Assembly: GCA_963719225.1 (NCBI GenBank)
Contig: CAVRAY010000002.1
Span: forward strand, 672,001 to 736,000
DNA: 64,000 nt
Source of the DNA: Thermoanaerobaculia bacterium
Lineage (GTDB): Bacteria; Acidobacteriota; Thermoanaerobaculia; UBA5066
Direction of reading: 5' to 3'
Made by a program: the position numbers and the translations under genes. Position 1 is the first letter of the stretch. Each line of letters opens with the position of its first letter. Shown piece by piece: positions 18,169 through 28,483 of the stretch. Below the pieces are notes generated by a model that saw only the letters and a program-made list of their open reading frames with translations, was not told the DNA's origin and ran no database searches.

Positions 18169-20010
18169 TTATCTTCCGGAAAGATCTCTGGCTTCACGCA
18201 CGCGGGGAGAGCGTGGGGCTCTCTGCCCGGCCTTGTCGAGCTCGTCGCGAAGCTCGCCGCGCGCGTCGGCGAACGCGAGTCCCATGACCCACCCGGCGTC
18301 CGGGCCCGGGTTCGGGCCCATGGCCTCGACCTCCTCGGCGACGAAGCGCAGGACGCGCGTCTCGGCGGCCGGACCGGCGTCGCGAAGCGCCCGCGTGAGG
18401 AGCTGCCACGCCTCGGCGTTCCGGCCGTCCGCGTACGCGACGCCGGCGCGCGCGTACGCGTCGAGGAAGCGCACCTCGGCCGTCGGCCGCCGCGCAAGCA
18501 CCTCGCGCGCCGTCCCCATGGCGCTCACGAAATCCTCGCGCGTCAGGCGCGAGCGGCCGTGCGTGTCGAGCGCCTCCCACGCGGCGGAGAGCTGCGTGTC
18601 GCCCGAGAATCCGGCGCCGGAGAGGAGGGGAGGGAAAGAGGTCTGTTTCGGACGCGGGGGGGCGGACGATTCGCGCGTCGAGCTTCCGGCCGCGCTTCGG
18701 GAGGCGATGCGAGGATTTTCGGATTTTTCTTCGAAGGGTGAAGAGGGGCCGCGCGCACCCGCCGCCGAAGCGGCGGGCGGGGCGGAAACGGCCGCCGGCC
18801 CCGTATTCACTTTCGAAGAATCCTCTTCGGACGTTGCGGCTGGCGAGGCGCCGGTCGAGGGGGCGGCTGCCGCGGTCGCCGGGGTCCCTTCTTTCTCACT
18901 CGAAGAACTTCCGGGCGGCACCTTCGTCTCCGCGCTGCTCGACGCGCTCGGGTGGCCCGTCCCGCGCAGCAGGAGGAACGCCCCGACGCCGACGCTCAGG
19001 AGGAGGATCGCGCCGATCGCCCACTTCGTCCGCTTCGTCGGGTCGACGCCCGGGACGGGCGCGGAGGCGGGCGCGGCGAGAGGCGGCGAGGCGAAGTCCT
19101 TCGACGCGACCGTTCGGAGCTGCGAGAGGCCCGCGCCGGCCTCGGGCATCGGCTGCGGAACCGTGGCGGCGGCGCTCGGCACGCCCAGCGCGTCACCGAG
19201 CGCGCGCACGAACGCGCCGCACGTCGCGTAGCGCTCCTCGGGCTTCTTCGCGAGCGCCTTGCCCAGCACGGCGTCCGCGGCCGCCGGGCTGCCGGGCAGG
19301 ACCGTCGACAGGGGCGGAGGCGGCGCCGTGACCTGCTGGTGGAGGACGGCGAGCGGCGAGTCGGCGAGGAACGGCACGCGGCCCGCGAGGAGCTCGAACG
19401 CGACGACCGCGAGCGCGTACTCGTCGGCGCGCCCGTCGAGCGCGCCGCCCGTCGCCTGCTCGGGCGCCATGTAGAGCGGCGTCCCCATCACGGTGCCCGT
19501 CGCCGTGAGGCCCGACGTCGCGTCGACGCTGCGCGCGAGGCCGAAGTCCGCGAGGAGCGGCCGGCCCTGCGAGTCCATGAGGACGTTCGCGGGCTTGATG
19601 TCGCGGTGGAGAATCCCCTTGCCGTGCGCGTGGTCGAGCGCGCTCGCGATCGCGGCGAGCCACGCGACCGCGAGCGGCGGCGGGACCGGGCCCGCACCGC
19701 GGGCCTTCAGCGAGCCGCCCGCGACGAGCGGCATGACGAGGTAGGAGACGTCCTCGCCGTCCACGGTGGCCGCACCGTAGTCGTAGACGGGCAGGACGTT
19801 CGGGTGCTCGAGGCCCGCGACGAGGCGCGCCTCGCGCAGGAAACGCTCCCGGAACGTCGGGTCCTGCGCGACGGGACCGAGAATCACCTTGACGGCGACC
19901 GTGCGCTTGAGCGTCTCGTCCTCGGCCTTCCAGACCTCGGACATGCCGCCCGTGCCGGCGCGCTCGAGGAGGCGGTAGCGCCCGAGAACCGTGCCCGTCG
20001 TGATCGGCAT
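18169..20010 (-). CDS. Hanks-type Ser/Thr protein kinase with TM and extracytoplasmic domain
   Basis: GTGGMSEVW, VAVK, HRDIKPAN, DFG, GTPLYMAPE; TM WAIGAILLLSVGVGAFLLL. Confidence 0.95.
   Translation of the reverse strand: MPITTGTVLGRYRLLERAGTGGMSEVWKAEDETLKRTVAVKVILGPVAQDPTFRERFLREARLVAGLEHPNVLPVYDYGAATVDGEDVSYLVMPLVAGGSLKARGAGPVPPPLAVAWLAAIASALDHAHGKGILHRDIKPANVLMDSQGRPLLADFGLARSVDATSGLTATGTVMGTPLYMAPEQATGGALDGRADEYALAVVAFELLAGRVPFLADSPLAVLHQQVTAPPPPLSTVLPGSPAAADAVLGKALAKKPEERYATCGAFVRALGDALGVPSAAATVPQPMPEAGAGLSQLRTVASKDFASPPLAAPASAPVPGVDPTKRTKWAIGAILLLSVGVGAFLLLRGTGHPSASSSAETKVPPGSSSSEKEGTPATAAAAPSTGASPAATSEEDSSKVNTGPAAVSAPPAASAAGARGPSSPFEEKSENPRIASRSAAGSSTRESSAPPRPKQTSFPPLLSGAGFSGDTQLSAAWEALDTHGRSRLTREDFVSAMGTAREVLARRPTAEVRFLDAYARAGVAYADGRNAEAWQLLTRALRDAGPAAETRVLRFVAEEVEAMGPNPGPDAGWVMGLAFADARGELRDELDKAGQRAPRSPRVREARDLSGR
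18721..18823. repeat. Intragenic palindromic element (copy in Ser/Thr kinase)
   Basis: GGATTTTTCTTCGAAGGGTGAA ... TTCACTTTCGAAGAATCC imperfect terminal inverted repeat; related to 24983-25097 and 48903-49122. Confidence 0.65.
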
Positions 20011-20031
20011 GCCGGACAGGATATCGGAGCG

Positions 20032-22512
20032 TCAGCCCGAGACGGCGGCGTCGGCTTCCGCGGCGTGGTAGAGCACGACGGAGCCGGGGCCCGCCTTCAC
20101 GGCCTCCCCGAGCGCGTCCTCGGCGCGCGCGAGGAGGGTGGCCGTGTCGAACGCGTCGTCGGGGTAGACCGAGATCCCGGCCGAGAGCGCGAGCGTGACG
20201 CCGGACTGCGCGAGCCGCTCGTCGAGGCCGTTCTCGAAGTTCTTCTGGATCGACCGCATCGCGCGGTGCGCCTGGACCTTGCCCGCCTCGAAGATCAGGA
20301 TGTAGAAGCGGTCGTCCCCGTCGCGCGCGACGAAGTTCACGGCGCGGGTCGAGCGGACGAGCTTCGCCGCGAGCTTCGGGAGGAGCGAGTCGCCGTACTC
20401 GGCTCCGAGGCGCAGGACGGACTCCTTGAGCCCGTCCATCCGGATGTGCGCGACCGCGACGGCCTGGCCGTTCCGCTCGGCCCGCCTCACCTCGGACTCG
20501 AGCCGCTTGCCGAGCGACGAGCGGTTGTAGAGGCCCGACTGGCTGTCGCGCTCCGTCTGCTGCTCGATGAGGCGCATGAGGCGCGCGTTGTGAAGAGCGA
20601 CGGCGGCCGCGTCCGCGAGGAGCTCGAGGCGCTCCTTGAGGTCGACGGGCCAGTCGTCGACGCCGCGGCGCGCGGCGACGGACAGGACGCCGATAAGCTC
20701 GTCGTGGTACGTGAGCGGAACGGCGGCTGCCCGGATGAGCGGCGCGGCCCCGCCCCCCGCGTTGCCGGGATAGAACGAGGCGCCCTCGGCGGGGCCGGCC
20801 ACGGCGAGCGTCTTGTCGAGGAACGTGCGGACGATCGGCTGCGCGGTCTGGTCGAACGGAACGGCCCGCCCGAGCTCGTCTCCGACGTCCGCCCCCCAGC
20901 GCGCTCCGATCTTCACGGACTTGGAGGCGGGATCGGCGTCCCAGAACTGCGCGGCGTCCGCCTTCAGCAGGCTCACGGCCTGCTCGCAGAGGGTCTGCTT
21001 GATCCGGTCGATGTCGAACGTCGTCGACAGCGAGCGGCCGACCTCGCGGAGCCGGTCGAGGAAGCGGTACGACTCGCGCTCCTGCTGGAGGAGCCGCACG
21101 GACGCGATCGCGAGGGAGACCTCCACGCCGAGCGCCTCGAAGGAGGGGAGGAGGTCGGCCGGGAGGCCGTCGGGGCGCGCCCCGGAGACGGCGCAGAGGA
21201 CGCCGACGGGCGCGCCGCGGTAGGCGAGCGGGACCGCGAGGAGACCGAGCGGCGTCGCGAGCGACGCGACGGCCGGGCCGCTCGGGAGAAGCGCCTTTCC
21301 GTGCTTGTCGGAGGACGCGTCCACGTAGAACGCGTGGGAGCCCTCCGTCGAGAGGTGGGTCAGGAGCGACTGGGGAATCTGGACCTCCACCGCGCCGCCC
21401 GCCTTCAGGCACGCCGCGTCGGCGCCCGGCAGCTCGCCGGACGGAAGCAGCCGGATCGCGCAGAGGTCGAGGTCGAATTGCGCCGCGAGCTCGGTGACGG
21501 TGCGGCTCACGATCGCGTGGACGTCCGTGAGGCCGGTGAGGGCGGCGTGGAGCCGCCCGACGAAGGCGACGCGCTCGTTGTTGTGGCGCTCGCCGTCGAG
21601 GAGGCGCGCCTTCTCGAGCGCTCCGGCCGCGAGCTTCGAGAGCTCCTGCGCGAGCCGGAGCTCCTGGGGCGTGAGCGCGAAGCCGCCGCGCCGCGACATC
21701 GTGAGGAAGCCGAACACGTGAGCGCCCGCATGGAGGGGCAGCGCCATCCGCCGGCGGCGAACGGGCTGCGTTCCCGGCTCGTCCTCGAACGCGGGGCCGT
21801 GCGCGGCGAGGCACCGCGCGAGGAGGTCGTCGGAGGCGATCGGCGCGCGGCCGGAACGGGGGCGTTCGCCGCTCACGGGGGCCCCGTGCGTCAGGATCTC
21901 GGCGATCTCCTTGGAGTCGGGCTGGAACCGGAACGCGCTCACGCGGTCGAACTCCAGCTCGCGCGAGAGGGACGCGACGGTCAGGCGGATGACTTCGTCG
22001 GGGTTGAGCGAGAGGAAGGCGCCCGAGGCGAGCTCGAACAGGGCGACGGCCTCCTCGCGGCGCTTCATGAGAGTCCCGAGCGTGCGGTCGCGCTCGAGCA
22101 CGTGGCCGATCGTGCGCGCGAACTGCCGCGCCGCATCCTCGGCCTCGGCGTCCGTGCCCGCGATCGTCTCGAGGACGACGCCGAAGACCGCCTGCGTCTG
22201 GTCCTTGACCTTGACCGGCGCGCCGAAGAAGGAAAGCCCGCCCTCGGACGCCTTCTTGGAGCGGCCCTGGGCGAGGACCTCGGCGAGGTGCTGGTTCAGG
22301 CGCGTCTCGGCGGCGGCGGCGACGCTCGAGCGGCCCGAGCGCGTCATCGGCGGGACGCCGGCGCCGGGCAGGAGCGCGACGACGGGAGCGTCGAAGAAGT
22401 GCAGCGCCGAGTTCAGGATCCCGCCGAGCGCCTCGTCGAGCAGCAGGCCTTCCTTCAGCGCTCCTTCGAACGCCTTCAGGAGAGGGAGACCCGGGAAGCG
22501 AGCGGACGGCAT
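20032..22512 (-). CDS. Multi-GAF protein with degenerate GGDEF domain
   Basis: Repeated GAF-like segments (LPLHAG..FGFL, VPLAYRG.PVGVL, VPLTYHDELIGVL); C-terminal DSQSGLYNR...ARDGDDRF...SAGISVYP. Confidence 0.8.
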   Translation of the reverse strand: MPSARFPGLPLLKAFEGALKEGLLLDEALGGILNSALHFFDAPVVALLPGAGVPPMTRSGRSSVAAAAETRLNQHLAEVLAQGRSKKASEGGLSFFGAPVKVKDQTQAVFGVVLETIAGTDAEAEDAARQFARTIGHVLERDRTLGTLMKRREEAVALFELASGAFLSLNPDEVIRLTVASLSRELEFDRVSAFRFQPDSKEIAEILTHGAPVSGERPRSGRAPIASDDLLARCLAAHGPAFEDEPGTQPVRRRRMALPLHAGAHVFGFLTMSRRGGFALTPQELRLAQELSKLAAGALEKARLLDGERHNNERVAFVGRLHAALTGLTDVHAIVSRTVTELAAQFDLDLCAIRLLPSGELPGADAACLKAGGAVEVQIPQSLLTHLSTEGSHAFYVDASSDKHGKALLPSGPAVASLATPLGLLAVPLAYRGAPVGVLCAVSGARPDGLPADLLPSFEALGVEVSLAIASVRLLQQERESYRFLDRLREVGRSLSTTFDIDRIKQTLCEQAVSLLKADAAQFWDADPASKSVKIGARWGADVGDELGRAVPFDQTAQPIVRTFLDKTLAVAGPAEGASFYPGNAGGGAAPLIRAAAVPLTYHDELIGVLSVAARRGVDDWPVDLKERLELLADAAAVALHNARLMRLIEQQTERDSQSGLYNRSSLGKRLESEVRRAERNGQAVAVAHIRMDGLKESVLRLGAEYGDSLLPKLAAKLVRSTRAVNFVARDGDDRFYILIFEAGKVQAHRAMRSIQKNFENGLDERLAQSGVTLALSAGISVYPDDAFDTATLLARAEDALGEAVKAGPGSVVLYHAAEADAAVSG

Positions 22513-22550
22513 GGCGGCGAATGGACATAATAGCGCCCCCGGAGGTGCCC

Positions 22551-24059
22551 ATGCAGAGCGCAAACGCGGACCCAAGCATCCGACCGTCGCCCGGGAGTGC
22601 GACCGAGTCCGCGTCCACGGACGGCCTCGCCCGTTCGCTCGAGCGGATCCTGCCCGCTCTCGAGCGCTTCGGGCGGTTCGAGGGTCCGGACGGCGCCGCG
22701 AAGCGGACGGCCTGGCGACGGGCGCTGGACGGCCCTCTGCCCGAGGAGGGCGTGGGGCGCGACGCGGTCCTCGACCTCCTCCGCGACGTCGTGATCCCGA
22801 ACGGCCTGAGGATCGGAGCGCCGGGATTCACCGGCTGGGTCACGACCTCGCCGACGACGGTGCCCGCGGTCGCCCAGCTCGCGGGCGCGGTCACCGCGGC
22901 GCAGCGCTGGTGGGCGACGCCGGGCAACTTCCTCGAGGTCCTCGCGCTGCGCTGGGCCGGACGCCTCGTCGGCCTCCCGGACTCGTTCGAGGGGTCCTTC
23001 ACGAGCGGAGGCGCGACCGCGAACCTGCTCGGCCTCGCCGCGGCCCGCCAGCACGCCGGCGAGCGCCGCGGCGTCGACCCGGGCCTCGACGGCCTCGCGG
23101 GCCTGCCGGAGCCGAAGGTCTACGCCTCGAGCGAGGTCCACCACGTCGTCCATCGGGCGTGCGGCGTCCTCGGGCTCGGACGCCGGGCGTTGCGCCTCGT
23201 CCCGGTCGACGCGGCACGCCGGCCGGATCTCGGGGCGCTCGAGCGTCTCCTGGACGAGGACGTGCGCGCGGGCGCGACGCCCGTCGCGGTCGTCGCCTCG
23301 GCCGGCGACGTGAACACCGGAGCCGTGGACCCCGTCGACGCGATGCGCGAGATCGCGCACGCGCACGGCGTCTGGCTGCATGTGGACGGGGCGTACGGCG
23401 GCTTCGGCGTCCTCGACCCGCGCGTCGCGCCTCTCTTCGGCGACCTCTCGCGGATCGACTCCTTCGCGGTCGACCCGCACAAGTGGATGGCGGCGCCCGT
23501 CGGCTGTGGCGCCGCCTTCGTGCGCGACGGCGGCGTCCTCGCGCGCTCTCTCACGCTCGAGCCGGCGGCCTACGTCGAGATGGCTCCGACGGACACGGGC
23601 GACACGGACTCGCCGTTCGACCAGATGGGCGAGGGCAACCCGAACTTCTCTCTCGACCATTCGGCGCCGCCGCGTGGCCTCGCCGTGTGGGCGCTCCTCA
23701 AGGAGATCGGCGCGCGCGGGATGAGGGAGCGCGTCGTGCGCCACCACGACTGTGCGCGGCGCGTCGCCGAGCGCGTCCGCGCCCACCCGGCGCTCGAGCT
23801 CCTCGCCGAGCCCGTCCTCTCGATCTGCTGCTTCCGCGTGAAGCCCGCGGGGGTGACGGACGAAGCCGCGCTCGACGCGCTGAACGAGAAGGTCCTGCTG
23901 AGCGTGCGGAAGACAGGCCGCGCGATCCCGTCGCACACGCGCGTGAACGGGCGCTTCGCCCTGCGCCCGTGCTTCATCAACCCGCGCCAGGGGCTCGCGG
24001 AAGCGGACGCCACGGTCGACGAGGTGCTCGCGGCGGCGCGGGAACTGGGGGCGGTCTAG
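22551..24059 (+). CDS. Pyridoxal-dependent decarboxylase (group II, aromatic amino acid/glutamate type)
   Basis: FTSGGATANL, AGDVNTGAVDP, WLHVDGAYGG, DPHKW (PLP Lys). Confidence 0.92.
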   Translation: MQSANADPSIRPSPGSATESASTDGLARSLERILPALERFGRFEGPDGAAKRTAWRRALDGPLPEEGVGRDAVLDLLRDVVIPNGLRIGAPGFTGWVTTSPTTVPAVAQLAGAVTAAQRWWATPGNFLEVLALRWAGRLVGLPDSFEGSFTSGGATANLLGLAAARQHAGERRGVDPGLDGLAGLPEPKVYASSEVHHVVHRACGVLGLGRRALRLVPVDAARRPDLGALERLLDEDVRAGATPVAVVASAGDVNTGAVDPVDAMREIAHAHGVWLHVDGAYGGFGVLDPRVAPLFGDLSRIDSFAVDPHKWMAAPVGCGAAFVRDGGVLARSLTLEPAAYVEMAPTDTGDTDSPFDQMGEGNPNFSLDHSAPPRGLAVWALLKEIGARGMRERVVRHHDCARRVAERVRAHPALELLAEPVLSICCFRVKPAGVTDEAALDALNEKVLLSVRKTGRAIPSHTRVNGRFALRPCFINPRQGLAEADATVDEVLAAARELGAV

Positions 24060-24523
24060 GAGGCGTTCGTCGGGACCCGCCCGGTCGCCCAGAGGATCTG
24101 CGCGGCCATGACGAGCATTCCGAGGTCGCGGGCGACGTCCCACCGCATGTCCCGGATGCGCTCGGCGACGGACTTGCCGGCCGACGTCACGTCGAAGCAC
24201 CCGCAGTCGATTGCGTTCCCGCGCAGGAGATTGGCCGAGATCGCGGCGACGAAGACGAGGAGGAGCGCGCCGATCAGCGCCGCCGACGTCCGCGTCCAGA
24301 TCCCGAGGATGAGCGCGAGTCCGGCCAGCAGCTCGAACCACGGCAGGACGAGGGCCATGACGTTCACGAGCAGGCCGGGGACGAGCCGGTAGTTGTAGAC
24401 CATGTGCGCGAAGGCCGGCGGATCGGCGACCTTCGGGAGCGCCGCGGCGACGAAGAAGACGCCGAGCGCGATCTGGACGCGGACGGTGAGCCAGGGAGAG
24501 GTGAGCCGGCCGGCGAGCGTCAC
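24056..24523 (-). CDS. MauE/DoxX-family membrane protein
   Basis: LGVFFVAAALPKVADP, LPWFELLAG, IDCGCF, RDLGML; GTG overlaps the rhodanese stop. Confidence 0.88.
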   Translation of the reverse strand: MTLAGRLTSPWLTVRVQIALGVFFVAAALPKVADPPAFAHMVYNYRLVPGLLVNVMALVLPWFELLAGLALILGIWTRTSAALIGALLLVFVAAISANLLRGNAIDCGCFDVTSAGKSVAERIRDMRWDVARDLGMLVMAAQILWATGRVPTNAS

Positions 24524-25335
24524 GGCGCCCCCGGCCCCGGCCCGGTCGCGACCTTGCCCCCGCGCCTCACCCAGTCGGGCCAGCCGTCCCTGTAGACGAG
24601 GAGGTTGTCGAAGCCTCCGCCGAAGAGACGCTGGGCGAGCATGTGCGAGTCCTCGCAGTCGCCGCCGGAGCAGTAGACGACGACCGGGAGCTTCCCGTCG
24701 CGCGCCTCGTTCACGAGCGCCGTGACCTTCGTGTCCGCGTCCCCTTCCCACGGCGAGATGTTGCGTGCGCCCGGGACGTGGCCTTCCTCATAGTCCTTCG
24801 TCCGCCGCGCGTCGAGGACGAGGACGCCGTGGGCGACGAGCCACGCGGCATCGTCGCCCGAGATCTCGACGAACGGCTTGTTCGGATGGGAAGGGAAGCG
24901 GGAGAGGAGAAGACCCTTCTGCTCCCCCGCCGCGGGTGGCGCTGGAGCCGCGCCTGCGGGCTTCACGCCGGGGCCAGGGCGCTTTTCTTCGAAGGGTAAT
25001 TTGCCGGCAGCAGCGGCACGCGACGTGGCCCTCGAGGCGGCGGCGGTCGCGCGGGGCGCCGGGGAGGAAGCCCCGCCCTCATTCACCTTCGAAGAGACTT
25101 CTGACGGCGCGGCTGCTCCGGAGCCTGCAGGCGACGAGGGAGGCTGGACCGTCTGCGAGGGAGCAGAAGGTTTCTCCTCCCCCGTCTTCTTCTCCGGCGC
25201 CTTCAGGGCGTCCGGGTACGTTCCGACGAGCGGCAGCTTGCGTTCGCTGCGGGCGAGCGCGTTCGCGACGAACGCGCAGAGAACGGCGGCGGCGACGAGC
25301 GTGAGGGCCTCGCCGAAATGGCGCTTGAGATTCAC
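24520..25335 (-). CDS. Membrane-anchored rhodanese-like domain protein
   Basis: N-terminal TM; LVLDARR..DYEEGHVPGARNI, VYCSGGDCEDS, YRDGWPDW. Confidence 0.88.
   Translation of the reverse strand: MNLKRHFGEALTLVAAAVLCAFVANALARSERKLPLVGTYPDALKAPEKKTGEEKPSAPSQTVQPPSSPAGSGAAAPSEVSSKVNEGGASSPAPRATAAASRATSRAAAAGKLPFEEKRPGPGVKPAGAAPAPPAAGEQKGLLLSRFPSHPNKPFVEISGDDAAWLVAHGVLVLDARRTKDYEEGHVPGARNISPWEGDADTKVTALVNEARDGKLPVVVYCSGGDCEDSHMLAQRLFGGGFDNLLVYRDGWPDWVRRGGKVATGPGPGAP
24983..25097. repeat. Intragenic palindromic element (copy in rhodanese linker)
   Basis: TTTTCTTCGAAGGGTAAT ... ATTCACCTTCGAAGAGA terminal inverted repeat with the same ends as 18721-18823. Confidence 0.65.
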
Positions 25336-25431
25336 GGCAGGCATTCTATGCAAGCGCTCCGCCGCGGCAGGCCCGCCCGCGACGGGCATAGAATTCCGGA
25401 CGGTCCGCCTGGCGGGCTGCGGAAGGAACGT

Positions 25432-26727
25432 ATGGCCGAAAAGAACACGATCACGATCACGGACAACCGCACCGGGAAGACGTACGAACTGCCGGTCGAG
25501 AACGGAACGATTCGCGCGCTCGACCTGAGGAAGATCAAGACGGGCGACGAGGACTTCGGGCTCATGACGTACGACCCCGCGTTCACGAACACGGCGTCGT
25601 GCAAGTCGGCCATCACGTTCATCGACGGCGACAAGGGCATCCTCGAGTACCGCGGATACCCGATCGAGCAGCTCGCGGAGAAGTCAACGTTTCTCGAGGT
25701 CGCGTGGCTCCTCCTCAAGGGCGAGCTCCCGACGGCGTCCGAGCTGAAGGAATTCACGCACCACATCTCGATCCACACGTACCTCCACGAGAACCTCAAG
25801 AAGCTCATGGAGGGCTTCCGCCACGACGCGCACCCGATGGGGATGCTGCTCTCGACGGTCGGGGCGCTCTCGACGTTCTACCCGGACGCCAAGAAAGTGT
25901 TCGACAAGAAGTGCCGCGACCACCACATCACGCGCCTGATCTCGAAGATGCCGACGATCGCGGCGTTCACGTACCGCCACACGATCGGCTTTCCGTACGT
26001 CTACCCGGACAACGAGCTGTCCTACACGGGCAACTTCCTCTCGATGATGAAGAAGATGGCCGAGCCGACGTACAAGGTGGACCCGGTGCTCGAGAGGGCG
26101 CTCGACGTTCTCTTCATTCTCCACGCGGACCACGAGCAGAACTGCTCGACGAACGCGATGCGCTCCGTCGGCTCCGCCCAGACCGATCCGTACTCGAGCG
26201 TCGCGGCGGCGACGGCCGCACTCTACGGACCTCTCCACGGCGGCGCGAACGAGGCCGTCCTCAAGATGCTCCACGAGATCGGCGACATCAAGAACGTCCC
26301 CGCGTTCGTGAAGGACGTCAAGGAAGGGCACGGCGAGAAGCGCCTCATGGGCTTCGGCCACCGCGTCTACAAGAACTACGACCCGCGCGCGACGGTCATC
26401 AAGAAGCTCGCGGAGCAGGTGTTCGAGGTCACCGGGAAGAACCCGCTCCTCGGGATCGCGCTCGAGATGGAGCGCATCGCGCTCCAGGACGACTACTTCG
26501 TCAAGAGGAAGCTCTACCCGAACGTCGACTTCTACTCCGGCCTCATCTACGAGGCGATGGGCTTCCACACGGACTTCTTCACGGTCCTGTTCGCGATCCC
26601 GAGGACGGCCGGCTGGCTCGCCCAGTGGCAGGAGCTCGTGGAGGACCCGGAGCAGAAGATCGCACGGCCGCGCCAGATCTTCACGGGCTCGGCGCGGCGC
26701 GACTACAAGCCGATCGACAAGCGCTGA
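25432..26727 (+). CDS. gltA: Citrate synthase (type II)
   Basis: TFIDGDKGILEYRGYPIEQL, HADHEQNCST, GPLHGGANE, MGFGHRVYKNYDPRA, YPNVDFYSG. Confidence 0.97.
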   Translation: MAEKNTITITDNRTGKTYELPVENGTIRALDLRKIKTGDEDFGLMTYDPAFTNTASCKSAITFIDGDKGILEYRGYPIEQLAEKSTFLEVAWLLLKGELPTASELKEFTHHISIHTYLHENLKKLMEGFRHDAHPMGMLLSTVGALSTFYPDAKKVFDKKCRDHHITRLISKMPTIAAFTYRHTIGFPYVYPDNELSYTGNFLSMMKKMAEPTYKVDPVLERALDVLFILHADHEQNCSTNAMRSVGSAQTDPYSSVAAATAALYGPLHGGANEAVLKMLHEIGDIKNVPAFVKDVKEGHGEKRLMGFGHRVYKNYDPRATVIKKLAEQVFEVTGKNPLLGIALEMERIALQDDYFVKRKLYPNVDFYSGLIYEAMGFHTDFFTVLFAIPRTAGWLAQWQELVEDPEQKIARPRQIFTGSARRDYKPIDKR

Positions 26728-26728
26728 G

Positions 26729-27823
26729 TCAGCGGGCCGGCGGCGTCGGGAGCGCGGCCGCCGCCGGGCGCTGCGGGGACGTGGAGCTCACGGGCAGCTG
26801 GAAGACGTTCTGGAACACGAACAGACCCACGACCGTGAAGACGAGCGCGGCGAGTGGCGCGGCGACCCAGCCGATCGCGATGTTGACGAGCACGCGGTGA
26901 CGGATGCCGCTCTTCCTCACGAGCGCGATCCCGAGAATCGCGCCGACGATCGCCTGCGAGCCCGAGATGGGGACGAGTGGCCACCCCGGCAGTCCCCACG
27001 ATTTCAGGAACGCCTGGAGGGCCGTCGACCCGAAGACGAAGAGCGACGTGGACGCGGCGAAGACCACGATGAGGGCCGCGAGCGGCGAGAGCAGGGTCAG
27101 CCCCGCACCGAGACGCATCATGATCCGCTCCGAGTACGTCACGATGCCGGAGGCGATCGCGAGACCGCCGACGAAGAAGAGCATCTCGACGCTCGTGGCT
27201 CGAAACGGGCCGAGGCCGATCGCTTCCGGGAAAGGCGAGACACGGACGAAGACGCCCATGACGTTCGCAATCGCGTTCTGGCCGAGGCTGAAGGCCGCAA
27301 AGGCGCCGACGGTGATCAGCGTAGCTCGCATCCAGGCGTCCACCTCGAGGAGGTGCACCTTCATACGCGGGATCGCGGCGCGCGCGCCCACGAACAGCAG
27401 CGCGGCGACCGTGCCGGCGAGCGCGGGGCTCACGAACCACGACGAGAGGAGCGTCGTGAGCGTGAGAAGGTCCGTCGGACGACCGGTGAAGAGGTTCCAG
27501 CCCACGATCGCGCCGACGATCGACTGGGAGATCGAGACGGGGAGGCTGTTCTTCGCCAGGAAGAGGACCACGGCGAGGCCCGCGGCGAGCGCGACGACGA
27601 ACGCCCCCGCGGGGGCGTCGATCGAGCCCAGCCGTCCCAGGGTCTGCGTCGTCCCGTGCGCGCCCGCGACCGCCCCGATCACGACGAAGAAGGCCGCGAT
27701 CCAGGCCGCGGTCCGAAAGCGGACCATCTTCGTCCCGACGGCGGTCCCGAAGATGTTCGCGCCGTCGTTCGCGCCGAGCGACCACCCGAGGAAGATCCCG
27801 CTGAGGAGGAAGACCCAGGTCAC
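26729..27823 (-). CDS. pit: Inorganic phosphate transporter, PiT family
   Basis: GANDGANIFGTAVG, LPVSISQSIVGA, GQNAIAN, PISGSQAIVGA. Confidence 0.92.
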   Translation of the reverse strand: MTWVFLLSGIFLGWSLGANDGANIFGTAVGTKMVRFRTAAWIAAFFVVIGAVAGAHGTTQTLGRLGSIDAPAGAFVVALAAGLAVVLFLAKNSLPVSISQSIVGAIVGWNLFTGRPTDLLTLTTLLSSWFVSPALAGTVAALLFVGARAAIPRMKVHLLEVDAWMRATLITVGAFAAFSLGQNAIANVMGVFVRVSPFPEAIGLGPFRATSVEMLFFVGGLAIASGIVTYSERIMMRLGAGLTLLSPLAALIVVFAASTSLFVFGSTALQAFLKSWGLPGWPLVPISGSQAIVGAILGIALVRKSGIRHRVLVNIAIGWVAAPLAALVFTVVGLFVFQNVFQLPVSSTSPQRPAAAALPTPPAR

Positions 27824-27838
27824 GGCCGGAGGCTCCCG

Positions 27839-28483
27839 TCAGATCGTCCGCTTGATCGTGTAGATGGACAGCCGGTCCGCGACGTCCTCGGCGCGGTCCG
27901 AGAGCGTCTCGACGTGGAGGCAGAAGTACCGGAGGTGGATCTTGTGTGCGAGGTCCATGTCCGCCGCGAAGATGCGGCGCTTCAGGCGGTCCGCAAGGCG
28001 GTCCGCCTCTTTCTCGTAGAAGTAGACCTTGTGGATGTGGTCGGGGACGGCCGTGATGTCCCGGAAGAAGGCGCGCACCGCCGACACGAGGTGCTGCGCG
28101 CCCTCGACGCCCGCCTTCGCGAGCTCGAGGTAGTCGTCCGCGAGATCGGGGGGGATCTCGGGCCTCTCGACGGCGAACTGGCTCAGCGTCTTCTTCGCCT
28201 CGTCGATCACGTTGTCGATGTTCTCGAGGAGCCCGAGGACGTCGCCGCGGTGGTCGGGGATGAGCGATTCGCGGTAGAGGCGCGTCTCGATCTCGCGCCT
28301 GAGGGCGTCCGCCTTGCTCTCGAACGTGGCGATCGCCTTGAGGTGCTGCTCGAAGCGTTCCTCGTCCCTCTGGAGGTAGTCCGCGATGCCGAGCTGGAAG
28401 ACGAGCGTTCCCTCGCTGATCGCGTCGAGCAGCTCGTCGATCTGCGCCTCGAGGGCGCGGGTGCGGCGAAAGAGTAGGGTCAT
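27839..28483 (-). CDS. DUF47 / PhoU-like PiT accessory protein
   Basis: ESKADALRR and EKEADRLAD repeats, DRAEDVADRL; directly upstream of pit. Confidence 0.9.
   Translation of the reverse strand: MTLLFRRTRALEAQIDELLDAISEGTLVFQLGIADYLQRDEERFEQHLKAIATFESKADALRREIETRLYRESLIPDHRGDVLGLLENIDNVIDEAKKTLSQFAVERPEIPPDLADDYLELAKAGVEGAQHLVSAVRAFFRDITAVPDHIHKVYFYEKEADRLADRLKRRIFAADMDLAHKIHLRYFCLHVETLSDRAEDVADRLSIYTIKRTI

Noticed and set aside
18952-23002. 1192-aa and 1269-aa ORFs, and similar long Arg/Gly/Pro-rich ORFs elsewhere
   Set aside because: Shadow or alternate frames of well-supported genes, with no family motifs.
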